Positions 63,868-64,000 of a DNA stretch of 64,000 bases are shown one piece after another. Each line of letters opens with the position of its first letter. The first letter of the stretch is position 1. Location: assembly GCA_963813715.1 (NCBI GenBank), contig CAWFAK010000005.1, positions 1,024,001-1,088,000 on the forward strand, written 5' to 3'. The position numbers and the translations under genes are program-made. The notes under the pieces were generated by a model. It was given only the letters and a program-made list of their open reading frames with translations, was not told the origin of the DNA and did no database searches. This stretch comes from an uncultured Planctomycetaceae bacterium. Lineage in GTDB: Bacteria; Planctomycetota; Planctomycetia; Planctomycetales; Planctomycetaceae.

Positions 63868-63895
63868 CTCCCGTCCGAAACGGCCGGGCGAGGGG
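63868..63895 (+). repeat. Right half of the REP hairpin interrupted by IS110
   Basis: CTCCCGTCCGAAACGGCCGGGCGAGGGG completes a CCCTCTCCC...GGGCGAGGG stem with the left half. Confidence 0.8.
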
Positions 63896-64000
63896 GGAAA
63901 GACTGGGACGGGACTGGTTGGGACGAAATACTGGGGGTTCGCTGGGTCCGAGGACGGGATCGGAGAGCGCGTGGCCGGTGGGGATTAAATTTTGCCCGGG

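Overview
GC-rich chromosomal segment of a planctomycete (DUF1501, DUF1559 prepilin-like, DUF1570, LEPR-XLL-type export motif, Minf_1886 family, fhcC, oleCD). Many conserved genes, including clpC and lptD, are split by single-base frameshifts, most likely long-read consensus errors, so split ORFs are joined below. Left to right: a secreted arylsulfatase/DUF1254 cluster; assorted planctomycete genes; a ~3.85 kb integrase-less islet at the 3' end of tRNA-Val(CAC) carrying a cobalamin riboswitch in front of a very Cys-rich DUF1559 pilin-like gene; oleD-oleC-fhcC-SPFH-clpC; a RedB-like/hybrid kinase/response-regulator operon; an envelope cluster (MMPL, ArnT-like, lptD, dgkA-like); RNA modification genes; iscA-like; a degenerate aroDE; a metallohydrolase; a fragmented NERD-like nuclease gene; a dense patch of REP-like repeats; and a complete IS110 element. 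The IS110 is the most readable system here: it splits a REP hairpin at a CT core, its ends would form a sigma70 promoter on circularisation, and its left end folds into a bridge RNA whose four guide segments match its target and donor sites. The B12-riboswitch-controlled pilin-like islet is the best candidate for something undescribed. No CRISPR array or rRNA gene was seen. All family assignments come from motif recognition, not database searches.
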